Shown in pieces: positions 37,729 through 46,817 of a DNA stretch of 64,000 bases. Numbering within the stretch: position 1 is the first letter of the stretch; each line of letters opens with the position of its first letter. The notes below the pieces were generated by a model. That model had not been told where the DNA came from, ran no database searches, and saw only the letters and a list, made by a program, of their open reading frames with translations. Both the position numbers and the translations under genes were made by a program. Source of the stretch: Planktothrix pseudagardhii (GTDB lineage: Bacteria; Cyanobacteriota; Cyanobacteriia; Cyanobacteriales; Microcoleaceae); the NCBI RefSeq assembly GCF_904830925.1, contig NZ_LR882967.1, positions 3,554,106 through 3,618,105 on the forward strand. Reading direction: 5' to 3'.

Positions 37729-38427
37729 CTAATTTTGGCAATACTCTTCATACACTCCATCTAAGAGCAAGTTAAACGCATCAACAGCAGTTTGTGCCGC
37801 GTCTAATGCTGCTTGTTGTTGTTCTGCGGTTTGACACAGTTGTAACAAGGCTTTGCGAGTCATTTGGCTGTGGATTTCATCTGCTTTTTCATGAACTTTA
37901 AAGAAGGATAAAGCCGATTCTTCATTAATCCCATAAAATTCCTCTAGTCCCGCAATTTTAGTAGTCGAAACTTGAGGGAATTGAGATTCGTAAGCGTACA
38001 AAGCAGCTAACCCTTTTTCGGGTTCTTCACTGCGAGATAATTCTTTAAGAATCTGAACAGATTCTTGGGTTTTACTTAAAGTTTTCCGGTTGAGAACTTC
38101 ACTGCGTTCAACTCCTAATCCTTCTGCAAACCGTAACCACAATTCCGGGTGATGGGCAGAACCCCGTTCTTCTTCAATTAAATTTTCTAACAACATTTTG
38201 CGAATGTTGATATCATCACAAGCTGCATGAGTTGCACTAACATAGGTGGGGAAGTTATGAACGTGCAGATAATATTCTTGGGCATACTCTTGTAGCATCG
38301 TTAATGTCAATTTCCCTTCATTCCACATTTGATAAAAGGGATGCTTGAGTAAGTGATGGGTTTCAATAATTTCGTTGAGTTTAGCCAGAAATGCTGTTTC
38401 TGTTAAAGGCTTATCCTGGGTTAACAT
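37729..38427 (-). CDS. TenA/PqqC/CADD-family (heme-oxygenase-like fold) protein
   Basis: 232 aa, all-helical, with the CADD/PqqC-like pattern HPFYQMWNEGKLT...EYYLHVHNFP...EEERG...HPELW. Confidence 0.55.
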   Translation of the reverse strand: MLTQDKPLTETAFLAKLNEIIETHHLLKHPFYQMWNEGKLTLTMLQEYAQEYYLHVHNFPTYVSATHAACDDINIRKMLLENLIEEERGSAHHPELWLRFAEGLGVERSEVLNRKTLSKTQESVQILKELSRSEEPEKGLAALYAYESQFPQVSTTKIAGLEEFYGINEESALSFFKVHEKADEIHSQMTRKALLQLCQTAEQQQAALDAAQTAVDAFNLLLDGVYEEYCQN

Positions 38428-38529
38428 TCGCGTTCATAAAAATAGAGGTTCATCAGGATTTTATCTTAAAATAAATATTTGTCAAGTCTAATCCCCGAAA
38501 AGAGACTGATTAGGTATTAATAATTAGAG

Positions 38530-38574
38530 AGGCAATAGGTAATAGGCAATAGGCAATAGGCAATAATAAATAGT
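38530..38574. repeat. heptamer STR (TAGGCAA/TAGGTAA)
   Basis: Read directly from the sequence. Confidence 0.85.
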
Positions 38575-38681
38575 AATTTTATGGGTGTTAATAAAAAATA
38601 GGTAATAACCAGTATTTACCTCTCCCATCCAATACTGTATTAACAATTTAACTACCATTAAACATTCCCCCATCTCCCCTT

Positions 38682-38795
38682 CCCCTCATCCCCTCATCCC
38701 CTCATCCCCTCATCCCCTCATCCCCTCATCCCCTCATCCCCTCATCCCCTCATCCCCTCATCCCCTCATCCCCTCATCCCCTCATCCCCTCATCC
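38682..38795. repeat. octamer tandem array (CCCCTCAT)x~14
   Basis: Perfect 8-bp period read directly from the sequence. It continues into CCCCTTGT and CCCTATT/CCCTGTT units up to 38830. Confidence 0.9.
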
Positions 38796-38830
38796 CCTTG
38801 TCCCCTTGTCCCCCTATTCCCTGTTCCCTC

Positions 38831-39856
38831 TTATTCTAAGTTTAAAAGCGATCGCAAAGCTTCTTTCATTTCCTCAATAGTTGTTGTTGCCGTACCAAAT
38901 TGACGCACGACTAAACTAGCGGCTAAATTTCCTAAAACCGAAGCTTCCCACAAGGACGAACCTGTACATAAACCTAACGTTAATGCAGCAACAACCGTAT
39001 CCCCTGCACCCGTCACATCAAAAACATCGGTGCGATTAAAGGCTGGAATCTGCAAAAGTTGCCCTTTTTCAAATAAACTCATGCCTTCTTCCCCCCGCGT
39101 AATTAACATCGCCTGGGCTTGAGTTAACGTTAATAAATCTTGTCCTGCTTGTTGTAACGTTTGTGAATTTATAATAGAATATCCGACGGCTTTTTCCGCT
39201 TCAGGAAGATTAGGAGTAAATAACGTTGCCCCGGCAAACCGATGTAAATCTTTTTGAGTATCTACAATAGTGAGAGGAGCTTTTAATGCCGCTTCAATGA
39301 TCGTTTGGGTTAAAACTCCATCCCCATAATCTGAACAAACCACCGCATCAACGGTATCAATATTTTCCCGAATATATTCTGCTAATTTTAACTGTAATTC
39401 TAAATCGGGTAACTCATCAGATTTACGATCTACCCTAACAATTTGTTGCGTAACGGATTGACGGGCATGACCGGAAATGCGAGTTTTTGTTACCGTTGGA
39501 CGGTCAGGATCAATTAAAATTCCCCTAATATCAATTCCTGCCTGCTCAAAAATTCGACACAAAGCGATGCCTTGATCATCTTTTCCCACAAACCCGGCAA
39601 CTTTTACCGATGCTCCTAATTTTGCCAAATTGTAAACAGCATTTGCCCCTCCCCCAGGAATTTGGCGAGTATTTTCATGACGCAAAATTAACACCGGAGC
39701 TTCCCGCGATAACCGTTCTACCTGACCTGTGAGAAATTCATCTAACGTTAAATCCCCCACCACCAGAACCTTCACCTGAGAAAATCGATCCATTCGTTCA
39801 CATAACGAATCCATCGAGGCATTTAACTCTGCTAAAAATGAAGCATCCAATATCAT
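38831..39856 (-). CDS. PfkB-family sugar kinase, RfaE/HldE domain-I-like (D-glycero-beta-D-manno-heptose-7-phosphate kinase)
   Basis: 341 aa. PfkB motifs GGGANAVYN near the N-terminus and DVTGAGDTVVAAL near the C-terminus. Confidence 0.65.
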   Translation of the reverse strand: MILDASFLAELNASMDSLCERMDRFSQVKVLVVGDLTLDEFLTGQVERLSREAPVLILRHENTRQIPGGGANAVYNLAKLGASVKVAGFVGKDDQGIALCRIFEQAGIDIRGILIDPDRPTVTKTRISGHARQSVTQQIVRVDRKSDELPDLELQLKLAEYIRENIDTVDAVVCSDYGDGVLTQTIIEAALKAPLTIVDTQKDLHRFAGATLFTPNLPEAEKAVGYSIINSQTLQQAGQDLLTLTQAQAMLITRGEEGMSLFEKGQLLQIPAFNRTDVFDVTGAGDTVVAALTLGLCTGSSLWEASVLGNLAASLVVRQFGTATTTIEEMKEALRSLLNLE

Positions 39857-39860
39857 GTTC

Positions 39861-39947
39861 GTTATCCGTTATCTGTTATCCGTTGTCCGTTGTCCGTTGT
39901 CTATTGTCTATTAACAAGCCAACAGTCAACAGTCAACAGTCAACAGC
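39861..39947. repeat. heptamer STR arrays (CCGTTAT/CCGTTGT/CTATTGT, then CAACAGT x4 = STRR3-type)
   Basis: These fill the whole intergenic space between the response-regulator stop and the rfaE-like start. Confidence 0.9.
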
Positions 39948-40526
39948 CTATTTCAGTTTCTTCTGAATAAAGGTTTTGATTTGTAACACTTGTTTTTTCA
40001 GAGCCTCTATTTCTGCCTTCATCTTCGCCATTTCCGCCTTCATCGCTGCCATGTCTGCTGCGTCTCCACTTGCAGCAGAAGCAGGTGTAGGAACAGAGTC
40101 AGGAACGGGAGAAGTCTCAGGCCCAGACTTAGGTAACGGTTGACGGGGTAAATTCGCTTTCTGAAACGCGGATTTAATGGCATCAAGCAGTTGTTTCTTT
40201 TCAAACGGCTTTTCAATAAACTCAAAATATTGAAACGGTTCTGAAATTTTTTCAGTTACTTCTTCCTTCCGCCCTGACATCAGCACAAGCGGAATTCGCC
40301 GTAAGGTTTCATCGGCTTGAATCTGCCTAAAAACATCCCAGCCACTTAACTTAGGCAGGAGGAAATCCAACATAATCAGATTAGGATGTTCTCTCTGAAC
40401 AAATTCGAGACCTTCTTTGCCATCTTTGGCTTCTAATACCTCAAAGTTACCAGGGGGTAACATTTCTCGAACTCGCACCCGAATGACTTTGCTATCGTCA
40501 ATTACCAGTATTTTCCGGCCTGCCAC
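39948..40526 (-). CDS. response regulator receiver-domain protein (CheY-like) with C-terminal coiled coil
   Basis: 192 aa. Receiver domain with the phospho-acceptor Asp in ILVIDDS..LIMLDFLLPKLSG and a conserved K in the EKPF context. Confidence 0.75.
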   Translation of the reverse strand: MAGRKILVIDDSKVIRVRVREMLPPGNFEVLEAKDGKEGLEFVQREHPNLIMLDFLLPKLSGWDVFRQIQADETLRRIPLVLMSGRKEEVTEKISEPFQYFEFIEKPFEKKQLLDAIKSAFQKANLPRQPLPKSGPETSPVPDSVPTPASAASGDAADMAAMKAEMAKMKAEIEALKKQVLQIKTFIQKKLK

Positions 40527-41158
40527 GACTGACTCCCATAATGATGCTTAAGGTTTTCTCCGCACTTCAAGACGGAGATTCTAAAATATTGCTGTTCAGG
40601 GTTTCTCTTTCCCAGACAAACCTTACAATCAACTAGGCTCTCACGAGCACTACTTAAACCGTTTCATTGTTCTACAGAACATCAGAACAAGCCTAACTTA
40701 GTTGATATTCCCAAGGCTATATCTCCAGAGACTTACTCGAATATTGAACCAGGGCGTTATCTTACACCCAAGTTACGTTTTGAGTTGCCTTAATTGGAAA
40801 AGCTTTAACTTTTCAGGTTTAGCTACTTCTTTAGTTTTTTGGCTTTTGTCCCTTGGGAATCGCTGCCCATTTTTTTCAACCCACCCTCAGCGTCTTTAAT
40901 GTACGCTTCTTTTTTATACTGTTAGCATAGAGTCTAACTCCAAAAATGTTAGGTAGGGTGCTGTTGTTGAGACTTTTCAATTTTATCATAAATCCTCAAA
41001 AAGCCGTCCTAGAAGCACCGGGCTTTCAAGCCCATTTCTGGGTAAAATAACCTGGCTTTGGTCTGGTTTGACCCCAGTAGTCTGAAGAGATTCGGCCTAA
41101 AGCCTGACTCTTGCCGGGAAACTTTTGAGTTAAATGTTTTATCCTCATCTGTAAAAGT

Positions 41159-42088
41159 ATGTCCCCATCTCCCCATTCCTCTGCTGAACAATCTTATCGT
41201 AATCGGTCTCAAAATTTTGTTGAACCGCTCCCTTATTGGTTACGCCGTCCCCTGGGTAAAGCGAGTGAACTCTCTGCGGTACAACGAATTATCAAACAGC
41301 GTCAAATTCACACCATTTGTGAAGAAGGTCGTTGTCCAAATCGAGGGGAATGTTATGCTCAGAAAACCGCAACATTTTTGTTAATGGGGCCAACTTGTAC
41401 CCGTTCCTGCGCTTTTTGTCAGGTGGATAAGGGTCATGCACCCATGTCCCTTGATCCAGAAGAACCCCAAAAGGTAGCGGAAGCGGTACAAATTTTAGGG
41501 TTACGGTATGTGGTTTTAACCTCTGTGGCGCGAGATGATTTAGCCGATGCGGGGTCAGGCTGGTTTGTCGCGACCATGGATGCCATCCGACATCTCACCC
41601 CAGAGACTCAGATTGAAGTTCTAACGGCTGACTTTTGGGGCGGGCAAGGTGGGGGGAATCCCCAAGCCCTTCAATATCAACGCATTGCCACTGTAGTTAA
41701 AGCTCAACCTGCCTGTTATAACCATAATGTCGAAACTGTCCAACGGTTACAAGCACCCGTCAGACGGGGCGCAAAATATGAGCGATCGCTTGATGTATTA
41801 AGAATTGTGAAACAGCTTGATCCTCGAATTCCTACAAAATCCGGTTTAATGTTAGGGCACGGGGAAACGGAAGCAGAAATTATTGAAACTTTAACAGATT
41901 TACGCGGGGCGGGATGCGATCGCATTACCCTCGGTCAATATATGCGTCCGTCTTTAGAGCATCTCCCCGTCCAAAAATATTGGACACCGGAAGAATTTGA
42001 GCATTTAGGAGCGATCGCAACGGAGATGGGTTTTGCTCAAGTTCGTTCTGGGCCGTTAGTTCGTAGTTCTTATCATGCAGGGGAGTAG
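41159..42088 (+). CDS. lipA: lipoyl synthase
   Basis: Radical-SAM LipA cysteine clusters ([12 protein letters not shown] and [13 protein letters not shown]). The true start may lie downstream of 41159. Confidence 0.9.
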   Translation: MSPSPHSSAEQSYRNRSQNFVEPLPYWLRRPLGKASELSAVQRIIKQRQIHTICEEGRCPNRGECYAQKTATFLLMGPTCTRSCAFCQVDKGHAPMSLDPEEPQKVAEAVQILGLRYVVLTSVARDDLADAGSGWFVATMDAIRHLTPETQIEVLTADFWGGQGGGNPQALQYQRIATVVKAQPACYNHNVETVQRLQAPVRRGAKYERSLDVLRIVKQLDPRIPTKSGLMLGHGETEAEIIETLTDLRGAGCDRITLGQYMRPSLEHLPVQKYWTPEEFEHLGAIATEMGFAQVRSGPLVRSSYHAGE

Positions 42089-42260
42089 GGGAAGGGGACG
42101 GGGAGATGAGGGGACGGGGGGACGGGGAGATGAGGGGACAAGGGGACAAGGGGACAAGGGGACAAGGGGACAAGGGGACGGGGGGATGAGGGGACAAGGG
42201 GACGGGGGGATGAGGGGACAAGGGGACGGGGGGATGAGGGGAAAGGGAGATGGGGGGATG
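42081..42260. repeat. nonamer G-rich tandem array (GGGGACAAG / GGGGACGGG / GGGGATGAG)
   Basis: About 18 units, starting within the last codons of lipA. Confidence 0.9.
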
Positions 42261-42467
42261 ATTAATGGTTCACCTCTGTCTCCAGACTCCTGTTATAACT
42301 TTTAATAGAAGCGGGGATCATGTAAAACGAAATAAGTTAGTGAATAGATCACAATCGGGACTGAGGTTTGAGTATTAATTCCTGCTTTTCGACGCCCGAT
42401 CTTTGATTCGTTGAAACCGTCTGCTTCTGTGATTTAATAAAATCAACGTATTTTAGGAACCAAACCT

Positions 42468-42584
42468 ATGACTAGCAAAACTCAAAAATCCGGTGGCCCT
42501 TATACCTTTCGTGTGTTTTGGGCACTGCTTCTGTTAGGGATTAACTTTTTAGTTGCCGCTTACTATTTCGGCATCATTGTATAG
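42468..42584 (+). CDS. candidate 38-aa single-TM peptide (absent from the ORF track)
   Basis: ATG preceded by AGGA 9 nt upstream. Sequence MTSKTQKSGGPYTFRVFWALLLLGINFLVAAYYFGIIV: basic N-terminus plus one TM helix. Confidence 0.3.
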   Translation: MTSKTQKSGGPYTFRVFWALLLLGINFLVAAYYFGIIV

Positions 42585-42743
42585 TTTTAACATCATCCAC
42601 TTTTAAAGATTGTGCTGCTCTTGATCAATCTTCTAAGATGAGGAGAATAAATTTTAACTTCTCAGATCATCGAGCAGCACTATGATTTCAGGATATTTGA
42701 CATTCCGCTACAGTCACATCTCCTCGACCCGTTTAACCGTTAA

Positions 42744-43118
42744 TTATTGGGTGTCTATTCGCGCTTTTAAATCCGCGATTTGTTTTTGAAGTTGTTGCAC
42801 ATCTTGTTTTGTTTCTATGACTAAGGTGGCTAACCGATCAAACATCGGATCACCCGAAAGGAAACGATTTTCCGGTTGAGGCGGAGGACTGGTTGCATCT
42901 GGTTCAACCTGAATTACTGTTGTTCCTGAGCTTTGATATCGCAAACTATTAATCTGTCCTGCCAGTTGAGACACTTGTGCTTCTAATCGACTCATGCGAT
43001 ATTCAAGCTGAGTGGCTGAACCTTGTGCTAAGGTCAAACTATTCCAACCCAGCGTAACCCCTAAAATGATTGTAATAGCCAGAATAAGATTCTGGAACCC
43101 AAAACGCTTTTTTACCAT
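42744..43118 (-). CDS. hypothetical protein with N-terminal TM/signal and coiled coil
   Basis: 124 aa. Hydrophobic N-terminus, then heptad-like QLEYRMSRLEAQVSQLAGQINSL. Confidence 0.4.
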   Translation of the reverse strand: MVKKRFGFQNLILAITIILGVTLGWNSLTLAQGSATQLEYRMSRLEAQVSQLAGQINSLRYQSSGTTVIQVEPDATSPPPQPENRFLSGDPMFDRLATLVIETKQDVQQLQKQIADLKARIDTQ

Positions 43119-43138
43119 ATTTTAACCCCTTATCCTTT

Positions 43139-43795
43139 TTGTTTAGGATTACTGAACTAATGACTCAAAAAAATATTGCTATTTTAATGTTTAATGACGT
43201 TGAAATTCTGGATTTTGCTGGCCCCTATGAGGTATTTTCTATTGCCTCAGAAATTAACGAAGATAAACCCTTTAATGTTTATCTAGTGGCAGAAACCTTA
43301 AATTCTCTTCAATCCCATAATGGCTTAAGTATTAATCCTGATTTCACCTTATTAGATAGTCCCGTCCCTGATGTAATTTTTATACCGGGTGGAATTGGCA
43401 CAAAGGCTGCGATGAATCAACTTCAAATTTTAGCTTGGATTCAATCTAAAGGACATTATGCTGATTTAATTGTATCGGTCTGTACGGGGGCTTTACTGTT
43501 AGCTAAAGTTGGTTTATTAGATGGGTTAGTTGCGACTACTCATCATCTAGCCTTAGAGCAATTAAGAGCGCTTGCTCCCCAGACTACTATTGTAGACAAT
43601 CAACGATATGTTGATAATGGCAAAATTATCACAGCGGCCGGAATTTCGGCGGGAATTGATGTGTCTCTTTATGTTATTGCTAAACTTTTAGGGGATGACA
43701 AAGCTTTAAAAACGGCTCAATACATGGAATATGATTGGAAACCCAAAGCTAAAATCACCCCAACGCCTAAAATATCAAATTCTTTGGGGCTCTAA
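43139..43795 (+). CDS. DJ-1/PfpI-family (class I glutamine amidotransferase-like) protein
   Basis: 218 aa with the nucleophile-elbow Cys in LIVSVCTGALLLAKVGLLDG. Confidence 0.8.
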   Translation: MFRITELMTQKNIAILMFNDVEILDFAGPYEVFSIASEINEDKPFNVYLVAETLNSLQSHNGLSINPDFTLLDSPVPDVIFIPGGIGTKAAMNQLQILAWIQSKGHYADLIVSVCTGALLLAKVGLLDGLVATTHHLALEQLRALAPQTTIVDNQRYVDNGKIITAAGISAGIDVSLYVIAKLLGDDKALKTAQYMEYDWKPKAKITPTPKISNSLGL

Positions 43796-43956
43796 TTCTG
43801 TTTGAGCTTGCATAAGTTGAATCACTTCAGAGATAGGTAAACTTGAGGGGTGAGATCACCTTGCCCCTCTGTCCTAAATCACTCGTTGGAGTTGTTGGTG
43901 GCTTGGGATTTATAAGCCGAATTCAACAAGACACCGACTTCCTCTGTTCCTAATCC

Positions 43957-45444
43957 ATGAGTAAAGCATCAAAGTATTGGACACTGGTTAAACTCGAAAG
44001 TTCTGGCCGACAAAAACGGTCGGAAATAGCAGCAGCCAAAGCCTTTTTTGAGAGGGCTTTTCCAGAATTCCTCGCAGAGGCGGATGTTCCCGATGTACCC
44101 ATTCAGAAGCAATTAGTACAATGGCTTCGTGATGGCAATTCTCAAGGGAATAATATCAATAGCCAAAATGCAGAATGTTGTCTTTTATGCTTTATTTCTT
44201 GGGAAATTGAACAGGTTTGTCTTCAGTTAGCTCAACAATTTGGAACCTATCATGGTTTTAGAAGCCAAGACTTATTCCCCTTTGTTTTGGATGAAGAAGG
44301 AATTAATCGTCAGCGCCATTTAGGACAAACAAAAACTTCTTATCAATCCTTTGCACGGGAAATTTTACAAACCTTTGATCCCCAGCAAAGTAGTTTAGCA
44401 ACTTGGACAAACCGACGAGTTAAATTTAATAGTGAAATCAATAAGTTTTTACTAGAGCATGGGGTGTATCTCGTGAGTGATTGGGCAATTTTAAATGATA
44501 CCCATCCTCAACAACTGGAAAAAATTTTAACCCAGTTTTATCAATTAACGTCCCTGGAAGTTGAACAACGATTACAGCTTTTAGCTTGCTACCATAGCGT
44601 TTACCGTAGCCAACGTTTACAACAACGTCAAGCCGGAGCTAGAAAACGCTGTCAACCGCCAACGGCTCAACAATATCAACAAATTGCTCAACGGTTAGAA
44701 ACCTTAATTCAACAGAGGATTTCTCCTAAAGCCGTCGCCCTGAAATTACAAAATCTAGCGACTCTATTACGCCAATATCGCACCTATATTCGAGGAGGAA
44801 AGTTACCCAACCAATCCTTAATTTTTGTTGATGATTCTGATTCCATCATTGAACAAATTCCTAGCCCTGAACCCCTAGAAAACGATGAGGAACAAATCAA
44901 AAAACAGGAGTTTTTAAACTGGTATGAAAAACAGTTTTTGATGTGTTTACATAGCAGTATTGCTCAAGTTTTAGAAACCTGGTTAACAACTTGCCAAAAG
45001 CGAGACGGAGAAAAAGCGGAACAATTTTTAACCGCCCTTTATCTGTTTCATTGTCAGGGTCAATCTATGAGCGAAATTGCAGCTACATTAGGATTAAAAG
45101 CTCAGTATCAAGTAACTCGTTTATTAAAGCTTAAAGCCTTTCGCGCTGATGTCAGACATCACTTATTATTTCAGTTACGCGATCGCATTTTAGAGTATGC
45201 CAAACCTGAGCATCTTTCCCAAGAGTTAGAACAGTGGGAAAAACAAATTGAATTAGCCTTAGATGGAGAATTGGAAACCTTGTTTAAACAAGCTGAATCT
45301 GATTCCTATATTGCTCAAAATCGTCCCCTAAATAGTCCCTTTTTTAAAGGCGTTTGCTACTATTTAGATTTAAGAGAAAAAAGTCCAGAATTGATTCATT
45401 CCATGATTTCTTTATTATCTAAAAATTCCCGACGGAGCTATTAA
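43957..45444 (+). CDS. hypothetical protein with a sigma-70 region-4-like HTH near the C-terminus
   Basis: 495 aa. The segment LYLFHCQGQSMSEIAATLGLKAQYQVTRLLKLKAF resembles an ECF sigma region-4 HTH. It ends 3 bp before the next ORF. Confidence 0.45.
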   Translation: MSKASKYWTLVKLESSGRQKRSEIAAAKAFFERAFPEFLAEADVPDVPIQKQLVQWLRDGNSQGNNINSQNAECCLLCFISWEIEQVCLQLAQQFGTYHGFRSQDLFPFVLDEEGINRQRHLGQTKTSYQSFAREILQTFDPQQSSLATWTNRRVKFNSEINKFLLEHGVYLVSDWAILNDTHPQQLEKILTQFYQLTSLEVEQRLQLLACYHSVYRSQRLQQRQAGARKRCQPPTAQQYQQIAQRLETLIQQRISPKAVALKLQNLATLLRQYRTYIRGGKLPNQSLIFVDDSDSIIEQIPSPEPLENDEEQIKKQEFLNWYEKQFLMCLHSSIAQVLETWLTTCQKRDGEKAEQFLTALYLFHCQGQSMSEIAATLGLKAQYQVTRLLKLKAFRADVRHHLLFQLRDRILEYAKPEHLSQELEQWEKQIELALDGELETLFKQAESDSYIAQNRPLNSPFFKGVCYYLDLREKSPELIHSMISLLSKNSRRSY

Positions 45445-45446
45445 TA

Positions 45447-46817
45447 ATGTTTACTTCTTTCTTAGATGAATCAGAGGTTTTGTTTGAGTTTGAACCGCTT
45501 AATCCTGAAGCTTTACCTTTATCTTCTGAACAAATTAATCAATCCTTAGATTATTGTCGTTCTATTCTCGATGATCGAAAACAATGGCAAACCTATCTCA
45601 ATTCTCTAGCTTTCTTTGGGTTTCAAAATTGGTTAGAACAGCGTTCATCAGAACTTGTCTTCAATTTAGATCATCCTTCTTTAGAAAAACCTGAATTAGC
45701 TTATTTTATTGAAGCCGTTTGTAACTTAGCCGTCAATCAATTTAAAATCTGCTTAGTCGCCTTGGGAAATTCTAGGACGGATACTATTATTTTACCTAGG
45801 GCTATATTTGAATTACCGGAATATAGGGCTCATTATTATATTTTAATTGAGGTTCAAGAAGAATTAGAAACAACTTCAATTTATGGGTTTATTTCCTATT
45901 CAGATTTTCAAGCCCATAAAACACAGATTGATTTAGAACCCAAAGCAGATTGGACATATTCTGTCCCCTTATCTTGGTTTAACACAGAACCCGATCAATT
46001 TTTATTATTTGTACGCTGTTTAGAAGTTTCTGCAATTCCTTTACCGGAAATTCAGAATCCTGCAATACTATTATCTCAAATTCGAGAAGAATTAATTAGC
46101 AAACTTTCTCAACTGCAATCCTCAGAACCTGGTAGTTTTCATGAATTGTGGCAAATTTTAACTTGGGAACAGGGAAAGATTATTTTCAGTTATCCTGAAT
46201 TACTGCGATGGATTTATGAAGTACAAAACCAAGCCATTTTATCGGCACAACCGATTTCTCAATTCCATAAAAATCCTATTGCTTATTTAACAGATTTATT
46301 CAATTTATTAACACAACCGACGCTAAATTTAGCGGGATGGTTTAACCAGGAATTAGACATAATATCAACAGCTTTATCCTGGGTTTTTATTCCAGATTTT
46401 TCTCCAGAAACCGCCTTGCGTGACGGAACTGAAATTTCCAGTTTAGTCAAACAACTCCAAGAAAATGGGGTCGAAATTTCTCCCCAAGCCAAAGGTGCTT
46501 ATCGAGATTTAGGTTTAGGAGGACGTTCTCTGCGGTTATATGCTTTAACTTGGCCGTTAGAATGGGAAATTGAACCCGAATGGACGCTATTATTAATATT
46601 AGGTTTAACTACAGGAACGGATTTACCAGTGGGTGTGAAATTACGAGTCAGTGACGCCACCGGAATTTTAGTTGAACAAGATTCAAATCGCGAAGATCAG
46701 TGTTCTTATTTATTTACTCGTGTGGTCGGAACCTGTCAAGAAAAATTTGTGGTGACGGTGAGTTTAAGGGAAGATATAACAGAAACATTACCGCCTTTTG
46801 AATTTAGTTTCAATTAA
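45447..46817 (+). CDS. hypothetical protein (cyanobacterial DUF1822-like size and composition; unverified)
   Basis: 456 aa with no motif recognised. Tightly coupled to both flanking genes by a 3-bp gap upstream and a 20-bp overlap downstream. Confidence 0.45.
   Translation: MFTSFLDESEVLFEFEPLNPEALPLSSEQINQSLDYCRSILDDRKQWQTYLNSLAFFGFQNWLEQRSSELVFNLDHPSLEKPELAYFIEAVCNLAVNQFKICLVALGNSRTDTIILPRAIFELPEYRAHYYILIEVQEELETTSIYGFISYSDFQAHKTQIDLEPKADWTYSVPLSWFNTEPDQFLLFVRCLEVSAIPLPEIQNPAILLSQIREELISKLSQLQSSEPGSFHELWQILTWEQGKIIFSYPELLRWIYEVQNQAILSAQPISQFHKNPIAYLTDLFNLLTQPTLNLAGWFNQELDIISTALSWVFIPDFSPETALRDGTEISSLVKQLQENGVEISPQAKGAYRDLGLGGRSLRLYALTWPLEWEIEPEWTLLLILGLTTGTDLPVGVKLRVSDATGILVEQDSNREDQCSYLFTRVVGTCQEKFVVTVSLREDITETLPPFEFSFN

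Noticed and set aside
23376-42260. Possible CRISPR arrays suggested by the many repeat blocks
   Set aside because: Repeat units are 7-9 bp perfect tandem copies with no unique spacers. CRISPR needs roughly 25-40-bp repeats separated by unique spacers. No cas genes are present.
41925-42305. ORF-track entries encoding (PHPPVPLS)n on the - strand and (GDEGTRGQ)n on the + strand
   Set aside because: Both are read straight out of the GGGGACAAG nonamer tandem array. They have repeat-driven composition, lack a start context, and overlap each other, so they are artefacts of the repeat rather than genes.
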